From positions 14,728-78,727 of the forward strand of contig PWHW01000006.1 of the NCBI GenBank assembly GCA_003555075.1: a stretch of 64,000 bases of DNA. Direction: 5' to 3'. Position 1 is the stretch's first letter, and every line of letters begins with the position of its first letter. This DNA is from Candidatus Nealsonbacteria bacterium. GTDB taxonomy: Bacteria > Patescibacteriota > Minisyncoccia > Minisyncoccales > PWPS01. A model generated the notes under the pieces. That model worked only from the letters and a program-made list of their open reading frames with translations, had not been told where the DNA came from and ran no database searches. A program made the position numbers and the translations under genes. Shown here in pieces: positions 7,379-17,716 of this stretch.

Positions 7379-10102
7379 CTATCCTCCCACAGGTATCTTC
7401 TTCTTTCCTTTCTTACTTGTGCCAATCCCCTCAAAGACCACTTCGTTGTTCTTGACCTTTACCGTGACCCTTTCTCCTTGAGGAACTCTTCCGGAAATTA
7501 TCTCCAGCGCAAGAGGGTTCAATATCTTTCTCTGAATAAGCCGTTTCATGGGTCTTGCTCCCATTTCACGGTCAAACCCTTCCTCTGCAAGCTTATTCTT
7601 TACGGACTTTTGAAAAGTTACAGCAATCTGGTTGTTATCCATCGCTCTTCTACTTACCTTCTCAAGCTCAAGATCAACTATCTTATTGATGTCCTCCTTG
7701 GTAAGATGATTGAAGATAATATTGTCATCTATCCTGTTTAGAAACTCCGGACGGAAAGTCTTCTTTAACGCTTCTTGCACCTTCTCCTTGAGATCTTCGC
7801 TACTCTTTTCCTCTCCCGATTCACTAAATCCAATGGTGCTCATTTCAGTGATATGATCCGAACCAACATTGGAGGTCATGATAATGATGGTGTTCTTGAA
7901 GGAAACCTTTCTTCCTTTGGCATCGGTAAGCTTACCGTCCTCCAGCACTTGCAAAAGGATATTGAAAACCTCCGGATGCGCCTTTTCTATTTCATCTATA
8001 AGAATCACGCTATAAGGTCTCCTCCTTACCGCTTCACTCAGTTGTCCGGAATCCTCGTGTCCAACATATCCCGGAGGAGCACCTATTATTTTGGAAGTGG
8101 AATGCTTCTCCATGTACTCGGACATATCAAGAGTAATCAAGGCATCTTCGGTACTAAAGAGGAATTCCGCCAACGCGCGTGCTGTTTCGGTCTTTCCCAC
8201 TCCCGTGGGACCCAAAAAGAGAAATGATCCAAGCGGCCTATTCTCGTCTGATACTCCCGCTCTGGAACGACGAATAGCATGAGAAACAGCGGAAATGGCC
8301 TCCTGTTGTCCGACAACACGACGGGAAATGATATCCTCCATCTTTCTTAATTTCTCCGCCTCTTCTTCAAGAAGGCTGGTAACCGGAATGCCCGTCCATC
8401 TTGATACCACATTGGCAACATCTTCTCTGGTAACGGACTCCTTGAGAACAGCCTTTTTCTTTTGAAGATTTTTGAGCTTCTTCTCCTCGGTATTGAGCTC
8501 TTTGCTGAGCTCCGGTATCTTTCCGTACTTTATTTCCGCCACTCTCTGAAGGTCGCCGCTTTGCCCGACTCTCTCCGCCTCATATTTTAAGCTGTCAATT
8601 TCGTTCTTGAGATCCTTAATTCTGGAAATAGCCTCTTTTTCGGCACTCCATCTGGATTCAAGCTCTTTCGCCTTCTCTCGAAGGTCGGCAAGCTGACGAG
8701 AAATAATCTTCTTTCTTCTCTCCGACTCATCGCTCCTACTTCCTTTAAGAGATTCCATTTCTATCTCCAGATCCTGTATCTCTTTGCTGAGATCTTCAAG
8801 TTTTGCAGGTTGAGATTCCACCTCAAGCCTTAAAGAGCTCATCGCTTCATCCATTAGATCTACAGCCTTGTCGGGAAGGAAACGATCACTTATATATCTT
8901 GCTGAAAGCTCCACGGCAGCCTTTATTGCCGAATCATCTATTTTCACTCCGTGGTGCATCTCGTATTTTTCCTTTATTCCCCTCAAAATGAGTACCGCTT
9001 CTTCCTCCGTGGGCTCTTCCACATGAATGGGCTGAAATCTTCTTTCAAGCGCAGGATCCTTTTCTATATGCTTTTGGTATTCCTTGAGAGTGGTAGCACC
9101 AATAGCGCGGAGTTTTCCACGGGCAAGATCAGGCTTCAAAAGATTGGAGGCATCTACAGAACCTTCCGCCGCTCCGGCACCTATAATGGTATGGAGTTCG
9201 TCTATAAAGAGAATGTATTTATCATCATTGCTCTTTATCTCTTTTAGAAGCGCTTTTATCCTGTTCTCAAACTCCCCTCTATATCTCGTTCCGGCAACAA
9301 GAGCTCCCATATCAAGGCTTATCACCTCTTTATTCTTCAAGCTCTCGGGCACATCCTTTTTGGCTATCCTTTGCGCAAGGCCTTCCACGATGGCCGTTTT
9401 ACCCGTTCCGGCCTCTCCAAGAAGCACGGGATTGTTCTTGGTTCTTCTTGAGAGAACCTGCATAAGCCTTCTCGCTTCCTTTTTTCTTCCGATAACAGGA
9501 TCGATCTTACCTTCTCTGGCGATCTCGGTAAGATTATTGGTGTATTTTTCAATGACCTGTATCTTTGACTCGGGATGAGGATCGTCTATCTTCTGATTGC
9601 CACGAACCTCATAAAGCATCTTGCGAGCTTTCTCGTAATTGAGCTCCCTATTCTCGGAAGGCTCGGGACCCCCTCTTCCGGGAGGGAGGAAAGTTGCCGT
9701 TTCCAATATATCCCTTGCTCTGGTGTCGGCAAGAAGGAGCGCCAAGAACAGATGTTCTATTGATATGTACTTATCCCCCATCTTTTCGGCCTCCTCACCG
9801 GCAATCTTAAGCACTCTTGCTATATCCTGCGAAAGATAAAAATGTCCGGCCGCCCCCTTCAGTTCCTCGGTTCGGGGAAGCATTTGCTTTATGGAACGTT
9901 CCGCCCTCTTCTTTAGCATTTCCGTATCAACTCCCATTCTATCAAGCATATTGACCACTAAACTCTCCTTTTGCACAAGAAGCGAAAGAAGTAAATGAAG
10001 AGGGTCTATTTGTTGATTTTTCTTTTTATGTGCCACCCTCTGAGACGTAACAATCGCTTGCTGCGCCTTCTGCGTAAAGTTGGCACCGGGTACTGCTGGC
10101 AT
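7379..10102 (-). CDS. clpB: ATP-dependent chaperone ClpB (AAA+ disaggregase)
   Basis: Clp N-domain, two Walker A motifs (GEAGTGKTAIVEGLA and GPTGVGKTETARALA), a long coiled-coil middle domain between the NBDs, 907 aa. Confidence 0.95.
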   Translation of the reverse strand: MPAVPGANFTQKAQQAIVTSQRVAHKKKNQQIDPLHLLLSLLVQKESLVVNMLDRMGVDTEMLKKRAERSIKQMLPRTEELKGAAGHFYLSQDIARVLKIAGEEAEKMGDKYISIEHLFLALLLADTRARDILETATFLPPGRGGPEPSENRELNYEKARKMLYEVRGNQKIDDPHPESKIQVIEKYTNNLTEIAREGKIDPVIGRKKEARRLMQVLSRRTKNNPVLLGEAGTGKTAIVEGLAQRIAKKDVPESLKNKEVISLDMGALVAGTRYRGEFENRIKALLKEIKSNDDKYILFIDELHTIIGAGAAEGSVDASNLLKPDLARGKLRAIGATTLKEYQKHIEKDPALERRFQPIHVEEPTEEEAVLILRGIKEKYEMHHGVKIDDSAIKAAVELSARYISDRFLPDKAVDLMDEAMSSLRLEVESQPAKLEDLSKEIQDLEIEMESLKGSRSDESERRKKIISRQLADLREKAKELESRWSAEKEAISRIKDLKNEIDSLKYEAERVGQSGDLQRVAEIKYGKIPELSKELNTEEKKLKNLQKKKAVLKESVTREDVANVVSRWTGIPVTSLLEEEAEKLRKMEDIISRRVVGQQEAISAVSHAIRRSRAGVSDENRPLGSFLFLGPTGVGKTETARALAEFLFSTEDALITLDMSEYMEKHSTSKIIGAPPGYVGHEDSGQLSEAVRRRPYSVILIDEIEKAHPEVFNILLQVLEDGKLTDAKGRKVSFKNTIIIMTSNVGSDHITEMSTIGFSESGEEKSSEDLKEKVQEALKKTFRPEFLNRIDDNIIFNHLTKEDINKIVDLELEKVSRRAMDNNQIAVTFQKSVKNKLAEEGFDREMGARPMKRLIQRKILNPLALEIISGRVPQGERVTVKVKNNEVVFEGIGTSKKGKKKIPVGG

Positions 10103-10190
10103 AATGTTACTTGTTTTACTCTAATTGATTACTATCTGAACTTTTAATAATAGCAATAAAAGGGCTAAAAATCAAGGTGGGAAGAAAGCT

Positions 10191-11339
10191 TCATTGTTGA
10201 TCCATCTCTCCCAAAACAACTTCAACCGTCATTTCCTTGCCGTCTCTTAATACATCAAGCTCTACTTCATCTCCGGGATAATACCGGATTATCACGGCCG
10301 CCAAATGGTTATCTTGAGACAACTCTTGCCCGTCAAATCGCAAAATGACGTCCCCTTCCCTCAGACCGGCCTTTTCCGCTGCCGAGCCGGGTTCTATCGC
10401 TCTTCCTTCAAGCGAGTCGGAAATTATGAGAGCTCCATAGTCCACGGGAAGATCCTCTTCCTTTTCAATTTTCTCATTGACCATCACATAACGCACTCCC
10501 AAGAAGGGGTAAGAAACCTTCTCACCTTCTTTGGTCGCCTCAATGACCCTGTCAGCAGCGTTGATGGGAATAGCGAAGCCTATCCCTTCGGCATATACCG
10601 CCGTAGCCGTGTTCACACCCACCACTTCTCCGTTAAGATTCAAGAGAGGACCGCCGGAATTGCCCAAATTTATAGCCGCATCGGTCTGGATAACGTCACT
10701 GAGTATCTCTGTACCGTGCCTTCCTTGAGCCGTAACCTGCCTTCCAAGCCCGGAAATGATGCCCGAAGAAACCGTATTTTCCAGTTCTCCCAAAGCATTA
10801 CCGATAGCAATAGCGGTCTGTCCTATACGAACACTGTCTGAATCCCCAAGTTCCACGGCAGGAAATCCTTCGCCGTCAATTTTCAGGACCGCCAAATCCT
10901 GCACAGGGTCCTTTGCAAGCACCTCAGCCTCTTTTTCCTCTCCCGTATGAAGGAACACTGAAAAATCAGCATCCTCTCCTTTTACGACATGACGATTGGT
11001 CAAGATAAGGCCATTCTCGGATATAATGAAGCCGGTACCCATTTCCACTTCCTCGTACATTCCCCCTCCTCTTTGCGGGTGAAAGAAATCGTCAAAAATA
11101 CCTGCATGTCTTGAAGAAACCACACTAACCACAGAAGGGAGGTTTTCCTCGACAACTTTCATTACCATCTTCTCATGGTCTAAAGCGGGCTCGTATTCTC
11201 GCACCTCCTTCTTTTCTTCCTCCTCTTGCGTTATTTCCATTTCATCAACTTCCATTTCGGCTCCCAAATATATACCGCCCGCCAGAATGACGAGAAGAAG
11301 TAAAAAAGTTCCTATTCCCGCTAAAATTCCTCTTACCAT
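10191..11339 (-). CDS. htrA: HtrA/DegP-family serine protease with PDZ domain
   Basis: N-terminal TM segment. Catalytic-triad contexts TNRHVV, DLAVLKI and GNSGGPLLN. C-terminal PDZ-like region (AAEKAGLREGDVILRFDG). Confidence 0.9.
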   Translation of the reverse strand: MVRGILAGIGTFLLLLVILAGGIYLGAEMEVDEMEITQEEEEKKEVREYEPALDHEKMVMKVVEENLPSVVSVVSSRHAGIFDDFFHPQRGGGMYEEVEMGTGFIISENGLILTNRHVVKGEDADFSVFLHTGEEKEAEVLAKDPVQDLAVLKIDGEGFPAVELGDSDSVRIGQTAIAIGNALGELENTVSSGIISGLGRQVTAQGRHGTEILSDVIQTDAAINLGNSGGPLLNLNGEVVGVNTATAVYAEGIGFAIPINAADRVIEATKEGEKVSYPFLGVRYVMVNEKIEKEEDLPVDYGALIISDSLEGRAIEPGSAAEKAGLREGDVILRFDGQELSQDNHLAAVIIRYYPGDEVELDVLRDGKEMTVEVVLGEMDQQ

Positions 11340-11425
11340 AAGATCTCTTTATCTATGCTTTATTATTACCATCATTATTACAGAGAAAGAGGGTCTTTTC
11401 AAGTACAAAACAGCAAAAAAATAAG

Positions 11426-12640
11426 CTACTCCTGTCTAAGCGCATCCACGGGCTGAAGTTTTGATGCTTGCCGAGCAGGAAGAAGTCCGGAAAGGCATCC
11501 CACAAAGAATGAGAAAACAATACCAAAAACTATTAACCAAATAGAAATATGGGCTTCAAGATAAAAAATAGGGTGCGCTTCGGAAAAATAGGTTTCCACA
11601 CCAAGAGCTAAAATAAGGCCCAAAAAAACTCCTCCGATACCTCCTATAAGACCAATGATGCCTGATTCAAAGAGAAAAATAGAAACAATGTCGCTCCTTT
11701 TGGCTCCCACCGCCTTCAGGATCCCTATTTCTTTTGTTCTTTCTTTTACGGAAGTGTACATGGTGTTCATTATTCCTATTCCTCCCACCAGAATAGCAAT
11801 ACTGGCAAAAGCAACCACCGCAAGCTGAACGGTTCCCATGATATTGTCCACCATGTCGGTAACAGTTTCGCTGGACATTACGGAAAAAGAAGGCTCTTCC
11901 TCGCCCACCCTCCTCATGGCAGTTTCCTGTAAATTATCTTCAATGTTCAAAACCACTTCATCGGGATCGTAACCCGATTCTATTCTTGCCATAGCAACGG
12001 GAGAACCCTCCCTTTTTCCGGTAACATCCCTGAAATCCTGCAAGTCCAATGCTATAGCCAGATCGTCCTGCCTGTTGCCCAAGGACCTCAATACACCTGC
12101 CACAGTGAACTTCCTTCCACCTATAGTGATCACATCTCCGGATCGCATATCGGGAAAAACATCACGAGGCACTAAACTTCCAACCATCACTTCCCTTCTA
12201 CCGGGACGGGGAAAATCACCCTCGGTAATATCCCACCCCATATCCTCGTGCAGAACGGGAATCCCTTTTTCAAAATCAATTCCGTAAATAAGAGAAGTTT
12301 CAGTCTCTCTTCCGTGCCTTACATTGGCTCCCTCCCAAGGCATTTCTATCACGGTCTCCACTCCGCGTGACCTTTTTATGGCATCTATATCGCGGTCCCT
12401 GAGCTCCATTCCTCCAAGTAAAGTGGTCATCATGTCGGAAGCATCGCCGGGAAAGACCATGACCATATCTCCTCCCATCATGCGGAGTTCTCTCATTACG
12501 GACTCACGAAGACCCTCGCTTAAAGAAAGCAAAGAAACAACAAGAAAGATGCCTATTACAATACCTAAGATGGTAAGCCAACTCCTTAAAGAGCGAGCTC
12601 TCAGATTACGCAAGGCGATATTGAAGTATTCGCTGTTCAT
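11426..12640 (-). CDS. ABC transporter permease, MacB/FtsX type
   Basis: N-terminus IALRNLRARSLRSWLTILGIVIG, a large extracytoplasmic domain and a C-terminal FtsX-type TM bundle (LKAVGAKRSDI). Confidence 0.85.
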   Translation of the reverse strand: MNSEYFNIALRNLRARSLRSWLTILGIVIGIFLVVSLLSLSEGLRESVMRELRMMGGDMVMVFPGDASDMMTTLLGGMELRDRDIDAIKRSRGVETVIEMPWEGANVRHGRETETSLIYGIDFEKGIPVLHEDMGWDITEGDFPRPGRREVMVGSLVPRDVFPDMRSGDVITIGGRKFTVAGVLRSLGNRQDDLAIALDLQDFRDVTGKREGSPVAMARIESGYDPDEVVLNIEDNLQETAMRRVGEEEPSFSVMSSETVTDMVDNIMGTVQLAVVAFASIAILVGGIGIMNTMYTSVKERTKEIGILKAVGAKRSDIVSIFLFESGIIGLIGGIGGVFLGLILALGVETYFSEAHPIFYLEAHISIWLIVFGIVFSFFVGCLSGLLPARQASKLQPVDALRQE

Positions 12641-12758
12641 GGATTCATTTATCTACTCGTAGTTAAGCACATCAACCGGATTCTTACCGGCCGCCCTGTT
12701 TGGCGGGTAAATATCCTGCCAATGCCCCTATAACAATAGACAATAAAAAGGTTTGTTC

Positions 12759-13445
12759 TTATTTTTTGGAATCCTGATCCACCTCTCCATCCTTGATGTT
12801 AACCACCTTGTTGGCAAAATCCCGAAGCTCCCTATCGTGGGTTACCACTATCACCGTTCTTTCTTCTTCGTCTCTCAATTTCTGCAAAATCTCCATTATG
12901 TGTCTTCCCGTTTTAGAGTCAACGTTCCCGGTGGGTTCATCGGCCACTATCATATGAGGATTATTGACAAGGCTGCGCGCAATGGCAACCCTTTGCTTTT
13001 CTCCTCCGGAAAGCTCGGAGGGCCTGTGATCCAATCTATCCGAAAGCCCCACCTCATCAAGGTGTTTTCTTGCCCTCCTATCTCTTTCCTCTTTTGATAC
13101 TCCCTGAAAAATAGAAGGAAGAGTAACATTCTCAAGAGCAGTTAAATGAGGTAAGAGGTTAAATTGCTGAAATACAAAACCAATAGTCCTTCCTCTGACC
13201 TGCGCAAGCTCGTCCTCGCTAAGTGCGGAAACATCGCTACCCTCCAGATGAACACTGCCACTGGTGGGAACATCAAGACAACTCATTATATTCAAAAGAG
13301 TGGATTTCCCCGATCCGCTCGGACCCAATATCACCACAAAATCGTTCTTCTCTATCTCTAAAGACACACCCTTCAATACTTCTATTCTTATCTTGCCAAG
13401 ATCATATACTTTCCAGACATCTTTTAGCTCCAAGATATTACTCAT
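12759..13445 (-). CDS. ABC transporter ATP-binding protein (MacB/LolD-like)
   Basis: Walker A GPSGSGKST, signature LSGGEKQRVAIARSL, Walker B MIVADEPTGNVD. Confidence 0.92.
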   Translation of the reverse strand: MSNILELKDVWKVYDLGKIRIEVLKGVSLEIEKNDFVVILGPSGSGKSTLLNIMSCLDVPTSGSVHLEGSDVSALSEDELAQVRGRTIGFVFQQFNLLPHLTALENVTLPSIFQGVSKEERDRRARKHLDEVGLSDRLDHRPSELSGGEKQRVAIARSLVNNPHMIVADEPTGNVDSKTGRHIMEILQKLRDEEERTVIVVTHDRELRDFANKVVNIKDGEVDQDSKK

Positions 13446-13449
13446 ATAA

Positions 13450-15114
13450 TTATTCCAAGATCACTTTTTCTCCCTCGCTAAGACCCGAGATCACTTCTAT
13501 CGACCTCCCCTCTCCCATCATTCCAAGCTCCACCTCTCTCCTCTCTCTTTTGCCATCTACAAGAACATCCACATAATCCTTTCCATCTTCAACATAAGTG
13601 GCTTCTCTGGGAACAATGAGTACATCTTCTTTTTCTTTTGCAAGGATCGTTGCATCCACCGTCATATTGGCTCTCACATTCTCGGGATAATCATCAAGAA
13701 TGATGACCGTTTTATAGTGAACCACCCCATCCTTTATCTCTCCAACCGGATTAATAGAGACCACCTCACCCTTGAACTCCTCATCGGGAAAAGCAACAAA
13801 GGAAACATTGGCGGTATCTCCCACATCCACTCCGGGAATGTCGCCCTCATAAATAAATACCTCTATTTGAAACTCATCATCAAGAGTGAATTCGGCTACC
13901 GGCTCACCCGCACCGGCAATCTCCCCACTTCTTTTAAAAAGATTGGAGACCACCCCTTCTCCGGGAGCAGTGAGAGTAGAGTCCCTAAGTCTTTTTTCCA
14001 ATAAGCTGACCTTTGCTCGAGCTTGATCTACAGCCGCCTCATTTTGCCTCACTTCCTCGGGGGAAGCATCCGCCGTGACCTGGTCCAAGCTTCTCTTAGC
14101 CTCTTCAAGGGCACTCTCTGCAGCCCTCTTTTCTCCCCTCGCAGATGAGAGCATTCCATCGGTCTCCGCTCTTGCAGAGCTCACGGCTCGTTTAAGAGAA
14201 GTGATGGTACTCAGGTTGCTGTTCATTTCCCTCCTGAAAAGCTTGAGAAGGTCTATGTCGTTACGAGGACTGTCAAACCCCTCATATTCGCTGAATTCAC
14301 CGGGATCTCCCGTTAAAGTATCCTTCATTCTTTTTTCATAAAAATCGCCTTCCGCTATTTCTATGATGTTGTCGATCTCACTTACGATCTTTCTCATCTC
14401 ACTTTCCACCACCTCAAGAGCCTCATCCTTGTCCTTAAAGGAAACTTCTTCTTCAACAATCATTTGCTTGTAATTACCGATAGTCTCCTCACTCCTTCTT
14501 ATCGCATCGCGACTCCTTCTTGCAGAGTAAGTCTCGGAGATATAAATGCCGGTAAAATGTCTGTTTGTTATACTATCAATACCGTCCTTTACCTCCTCGA
14601 CTCGAAAATGAGCTTCGCTTAGAGTGTGAGGGGTATTGCCATGAGCCTCATCAAGAATCTCTTTTACATTTTTTTGGGTATTCTCAAGACTTTCTTTGGC
14701 CGTTTCAAAGTTGCTCTCAGCGGAATCAACTCTTGCCTCGGCAGAAGAGATCTCTTCTTTGGTAGCTCCTCGAAGAAGCCTCTCAAGAGAAGCCTCCGCT
14801 GAAGAAAGCGCAGCACGAGCCTCTTTCAAGGAGATCTCCACACTCTCTTTATCCAATGACGCTAAACGATCACCCTTAGACAAGAGATCTCCTTCGCTCA
14901 CAAAAACAGTTTCTATTTTTCCTCCCTCGGAAAATCCCATAACTATCTCCTCTCCCTTCTTGACCTCTCCCGTTTCAAACACTTCCTGCGTGAGAGCATC
15001 TCTTTCTATCTCCACAAAAGAGCGCTCTTCTTCTCCGTCACGAAAGACAAAGAAAAGCGCGGTCACAAGTATCAAGGCGCCTATTATAACATAGGTTCTT
15101 CTTGTTATTTTCAT
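13450..15114 (-). CDS. HlyD/MacA-type membrane fusion (adaptor) protein with extended coiled-coil hairpin
   Basis: N-terminal TM segment, lipoyl-like motif (VSEGDLLSKGDRLASLD), long alpha-helical repeats and a C-terminal beta-barrel region. It forms an operon with the ABC ATPase and permease. Confidence 0.8.
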   Translation of the reverse strand: MKITRRTYVIIGALILVTALFFVFRDGEEERSFVEIERDALTQEVFETGEVKKGEEIVMGFSEGGKIETVFVSEGDLLSKGDRLASLDKESVEISLKEARAALSSAEASLERLLRGATKEEISSAEARVDSAESNFETAKESLENTQKNVKEILDEAHGNTPHTLSEAHFRVEEVKDGIDSITNRHFTGIYISETYSARRSRDAIRRSEETIGNYKQMIVEEEVSFKDKDEALEVVESEMRKIVSEIDNIIEIAEGDFYEKRMKDTLTGDPGEFSEYEGFDSPRNDIDLLKLFRREMNSNLSTITSLKRAVSSARAETDGMLSSARGEKRAAESALEEAKRSLDQVTADASPEEVRQNEAAVDQARAKVSLLEKRLRDSTLTAPGEGVVSNLFKRSGEIAGAGEPVAEFTLDDEFQIEVFIYEGDIPGVDVGDTANVSFVAFPDEEFKGEVVSINPVGEIKDGVVHYKTVIILDDYPENVRANMTVDATILAKEKEDVLIVPREATYVEDGKDYVDVLVDGKRERREVELGMMGEGRSIEVISGLSEGEKVILE

Positions 15115-15178
15115 GATCCTTCTTTCTTAATTTGGATATTTTATCAGTTTAACATTCTTTTAAAAAATAAAAAACATA

Positions 15179-16648
15179 CTAAAAAAGGTTCTCTTCCGGT
15201 GATCTTTTATTGTTCCGAGCATGGATAAAAAGTGCGGCAGAAAAAATAAGAGCATAGAGCAAAACAATGAAAGAAGAGGGGGTGTTTTCAATATGAGCGG
15301 CAGAGAAAGGAAGGGAGGAGGCTGCTCCGATAATACCAAGTACATAAGAGAGGAGAACATAAGAGAAGAAAGAGAAAGTGAAAAGCCCCGTAAGAGCGGT
15401 AAGAAAACCGAATATCATCACGAGGGGAAGCAGAGGAGCTATAAGGATATTTGCCGGAACGGACAAAAGGGGAACATACCCGAAGTTGTAAAGAACAAGA
15501 GGGAGTACAAAGAGCTGAGCTCCCACGGTCACGCCCAAAAGATTGGCCACAAGCTCCCTCAATTTCTCTTTTGAAAAAAGGGGATCCTCTTTTTTATAAG
15601 TTTGCTCCCTTGTGGGAAGAAGGTCATCCCCGTTTTTCCTTTTTAAGAAGATCTTTGTAATGGGCCTGTGGAACGCAAATATTCCCATCAAGGCAAGGAA
15701 GGAAAGTTGAAAGCCCAAGTCATGGTGCAAAAGAAGGGGATTGAAGGCAAGCATCCCCGCCGCCGCAAAGGACATTGTCCGAGGCAAAGACAATTTTCTT
15801 GACGCTATGCCGGAAAAAAGGGCCAATCCCCCCATAATACCCGCTCTTACAGCAGAAGAAGGGGCTCCGACAAAAACAACAAAAAGAGCAATAAGAAAAA
15901 TGGAATAAACAGCCGAGCGTTTCTTTTTTATCCCAAAGAAAGAAAAAAGGTAAAAAATAACAAAAGAAAGAATAGCTACATGCATCCCGGAAACGGCCGT
16001 GATATGGCGCGTTCCGGAAACGCTCAATTTCTCATCGAGCTCATCGCTAAAAGAACTTCTATCGCCAAGCAACATAGCCTCAAGAAGAAATCGATGAGGA
16101 GCAGGAACGGACTCCCTGATATTGCCCCGCAAATATTCCCGAAAAGAAAAAATGCCTCTTTTGAGGCGCGATCCCCCTTCTTCCTCCTTTTCTATCTCGG
16201 GAAAAAAGGATGTGTGATAAACACCATCCTTTTTAAGATAATTCGCATAACCTTCCGGCGAAGGTCTTTCAAAGGACCCCTCTACTCTCAAAAGATCTCC
16301 ATACCGATATTGCGCATATCTGTCGGTATAAATGAGCACTCTTCCTTTGTTGTGCTCTAAAACGAAAGAACGAGAGTCCCCCGCCGGCAAAGGCTCTTCC
16401 ACTACTTTTCCGTAAACCGGAGAATGAAGATCCCTTGGAATGCCAAGGAGCGCAAAAGAGAAGCAAAAAGCACCAAAAAGGAAGAATAAAAGACAGAGAA
16501 GTATTACCATTCTGCTTTTTAGAAAGAAAAACGATGAGAGAATAAGTAAAACGCCGAGCAGAAGACCGCTCGGCGCAAAGAAAATACCGGCTACAAATGA
16601 AAGACAGAGAAAAAATATTGTTTTAGATAAAGTTATCTCACTTGGCAC
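15179..16648 (-). CDS. comEC: ComEC/Rec2 DNA-uptake channel protein (no C-terminal metallo-beta-lactamase domain)
   Basis: Hallmark motif LLGDRSSFSDELDEKLSVSGTRHITAVSGMHVAIL, polytopic, 489 aa. Confidence 0.85.
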   Translation of the reverse strand: MPSEITLSKTIFFLCLSFVAGIFFAPSGLLLGVLLILSSFFFLKSRMVILLCLLFFLFGAFCFSFALLGIPRDLHSPVYGKVVEEPLPAGDSRSFVLEHNKGRVLIYTDRYAQYRYGDLLRVEGSFERPSPEGYANYLKKDGVYHTSFFPEIEKEEEGGSRLKRGIFSFREYLRGNIRESVPAPHRFLLEAMLLGDRSSFSDELDEKLSVSGTRHITAVSGMHVAILSFVIFYLFSFFGIKKKRSAVYSIFLIALFVVFVGAPSSAVRAGIMGGLALFSGIASRKLSLPRTMSFAAAGMLAFNPLLLHHDLGFQLSFLALMGIFAFHRPITKIFLKRKNGDDLLPTREQTYKKEDPLFSKEKLRELVANLLGVTVGAQLFVLPLVLYNFGYVPLLSVPANILIAPLLPLVMIFGFLTALTGLFTFSFFSYVLLSYVLGIIGAASSLPFSAAHIENTPSSFIVLLYALIFSAALFIHARNNKRSPEENLF

Positions 16649-17328
16649 GTTTTAACATATTGTCTTGCCGCCTCCTTGAAACCCTCCATTTGCTCCTTTG
16701 AGAAAGGATTCTTATGAAGAAAATTCTTTTTAAGAGTTTTTTCGGGAAGAAAATTCTGCAAAAAATAATTATCAGCGGGGGCTATCTCCTTTGCGATCCT
16801 CATTATATCCTCTTCTTCATGAACACCGGGGACAACCGTGGTTCTGAACTCGTATTCCACTCCCGATCCCTTGATGATCTCTATGCTCTCTTTTATATCT
16901 TCTTTTTTTGCATTCAAGCCTTCAACTTCCGTATATCTTTCAAGAGGAACCTTGACATCCATGGCAATAAAATCCACGTACCCCGCTTTTATGATCCCTT
17001 TCAATGCCTTAGGGTTTGACCCGTTGGTATCAAGCTTCACAAGGAACCCCTTTTCCTTTATCTCCCTTGCAAATTCCGGAAGTTCCTTGCTGATCGTAGG
17101 CTCTCCTCCGCAAATCACAACTCCTTCTATCTTTCCCTTTCTTTCATCCAAGAATTGAAAGAAATCCTCTTTTTTCACATCAGGCATCTCCTTTATTCTT
17201 TCTGGAAGAACAAGTTCGGGGGAATAACACCAAGGACACCTGAAATTGCATCCCGCCAAAAAAACGGTACAAGCAATCTTTTGGGGATAGTCTATGAGAG
17301 TAAGCTTTTGAAGCCCTTTTATTTGCAC
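16633..17328 (-). CDS. nrdG: Anaerobic ribonucleoside-triphosphate reductase activating protein (radical SAM)
   Basis: IDYPQKIACTVFLAGCNFRCPWCYSPELV (CxxxCxxC cluster), located directly downstream of nrdD. Confidence 0.9.
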   Translation of the reverse strand: MQIKGLQKLTLIDYPQKIACTVFLAGCNFRCPWCYSPELVLPERIKEMPDVKKEDFFQFLDERKGKIEGVVICGGEPTISKELPEFAREIKEKGFLVKLDTNGSNPKALKGIIKAGYVDFIAMDVKVPLERYTEVEGLNAKKEDIKESIEIIKGSGVEYEFRTTVVPGVHEEEDIMRIAKEIAPADNYFLQNFLPEKTLKKNFLHKNPFSKEQMEGFKEAARQYVKTCQVR

Positions 17329-17340
17329 AAAAAGAGAGTG

Positions 17341-17712
17341 TTAATCTTGCAGGACCTTGTTGTATTCCTTTCTTTCCGAATATTCTTGTTGTTTACCCTC
17401 GTTCCATTGTTTTACGGGGCGAAGATACCCCACTATCCTGGAATAGACCTCGCACTCCTTATAATCGGAAAGCTCGGAGCTCTTTGCAAGACACTCATCG
17501 CACTTGAAAACGAAAATATCCCTCCCTACGTCTTCGTAAATAAGAAGAGAGCCGTTCTCTATCTTTTCTTCCTTTAGCACCATCTCCGTCCCGCAGTCAA
17601 AGCAACGAGCATTACCCTCCTGAGCTGCCTTCACAGCCCTTTTTTTACTTGTAAAAATAGGTTTTTTTGTGATGCTCATGCTTTTTTCATGCGCCCTTGT
17701 TAGGCGACACAT
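17341..17712 (-). CDS. Stand-alone zinc-ribbon plus glycyl-radical domain of class III RNR (NrdD C-terminal module on a separate ORF)
   Basis: CFDC...CDEC zinc ribbon followed by EVYSRIVGYLRPVKQWNEGKQQEYSERKEY, the R-[IV]-x-G-Y glycyl-radical signature of NrdD C-termini. It begins 4 nt after the nrdD stop, in another frame. Confidence 0.75.
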   Translation of the reverse strand: MCRLTRAHEKSMSITKKPIFTSKKRAVKAAQEGNARCFDCGTEMVLKEEKIENGSLLIYEDVGRDIFVFKCDECLAKSSELSDYKECEVYSRIVGYLRPVKQWNEGKQQEYSERKEYNKVLQD

Positions 17713-17716
17713 GACA

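Noticed and set aside
12641-12758. A 118-bp gap with a G+C-rich hairpin (CCGCC/GGCGG) between the ABC ATPase and permease genes.
   Set aside because: It is a short, single hairpin inside an operon. It is probably an intercistronic stability or processing element, and there is nothing further to support a distinct feature.
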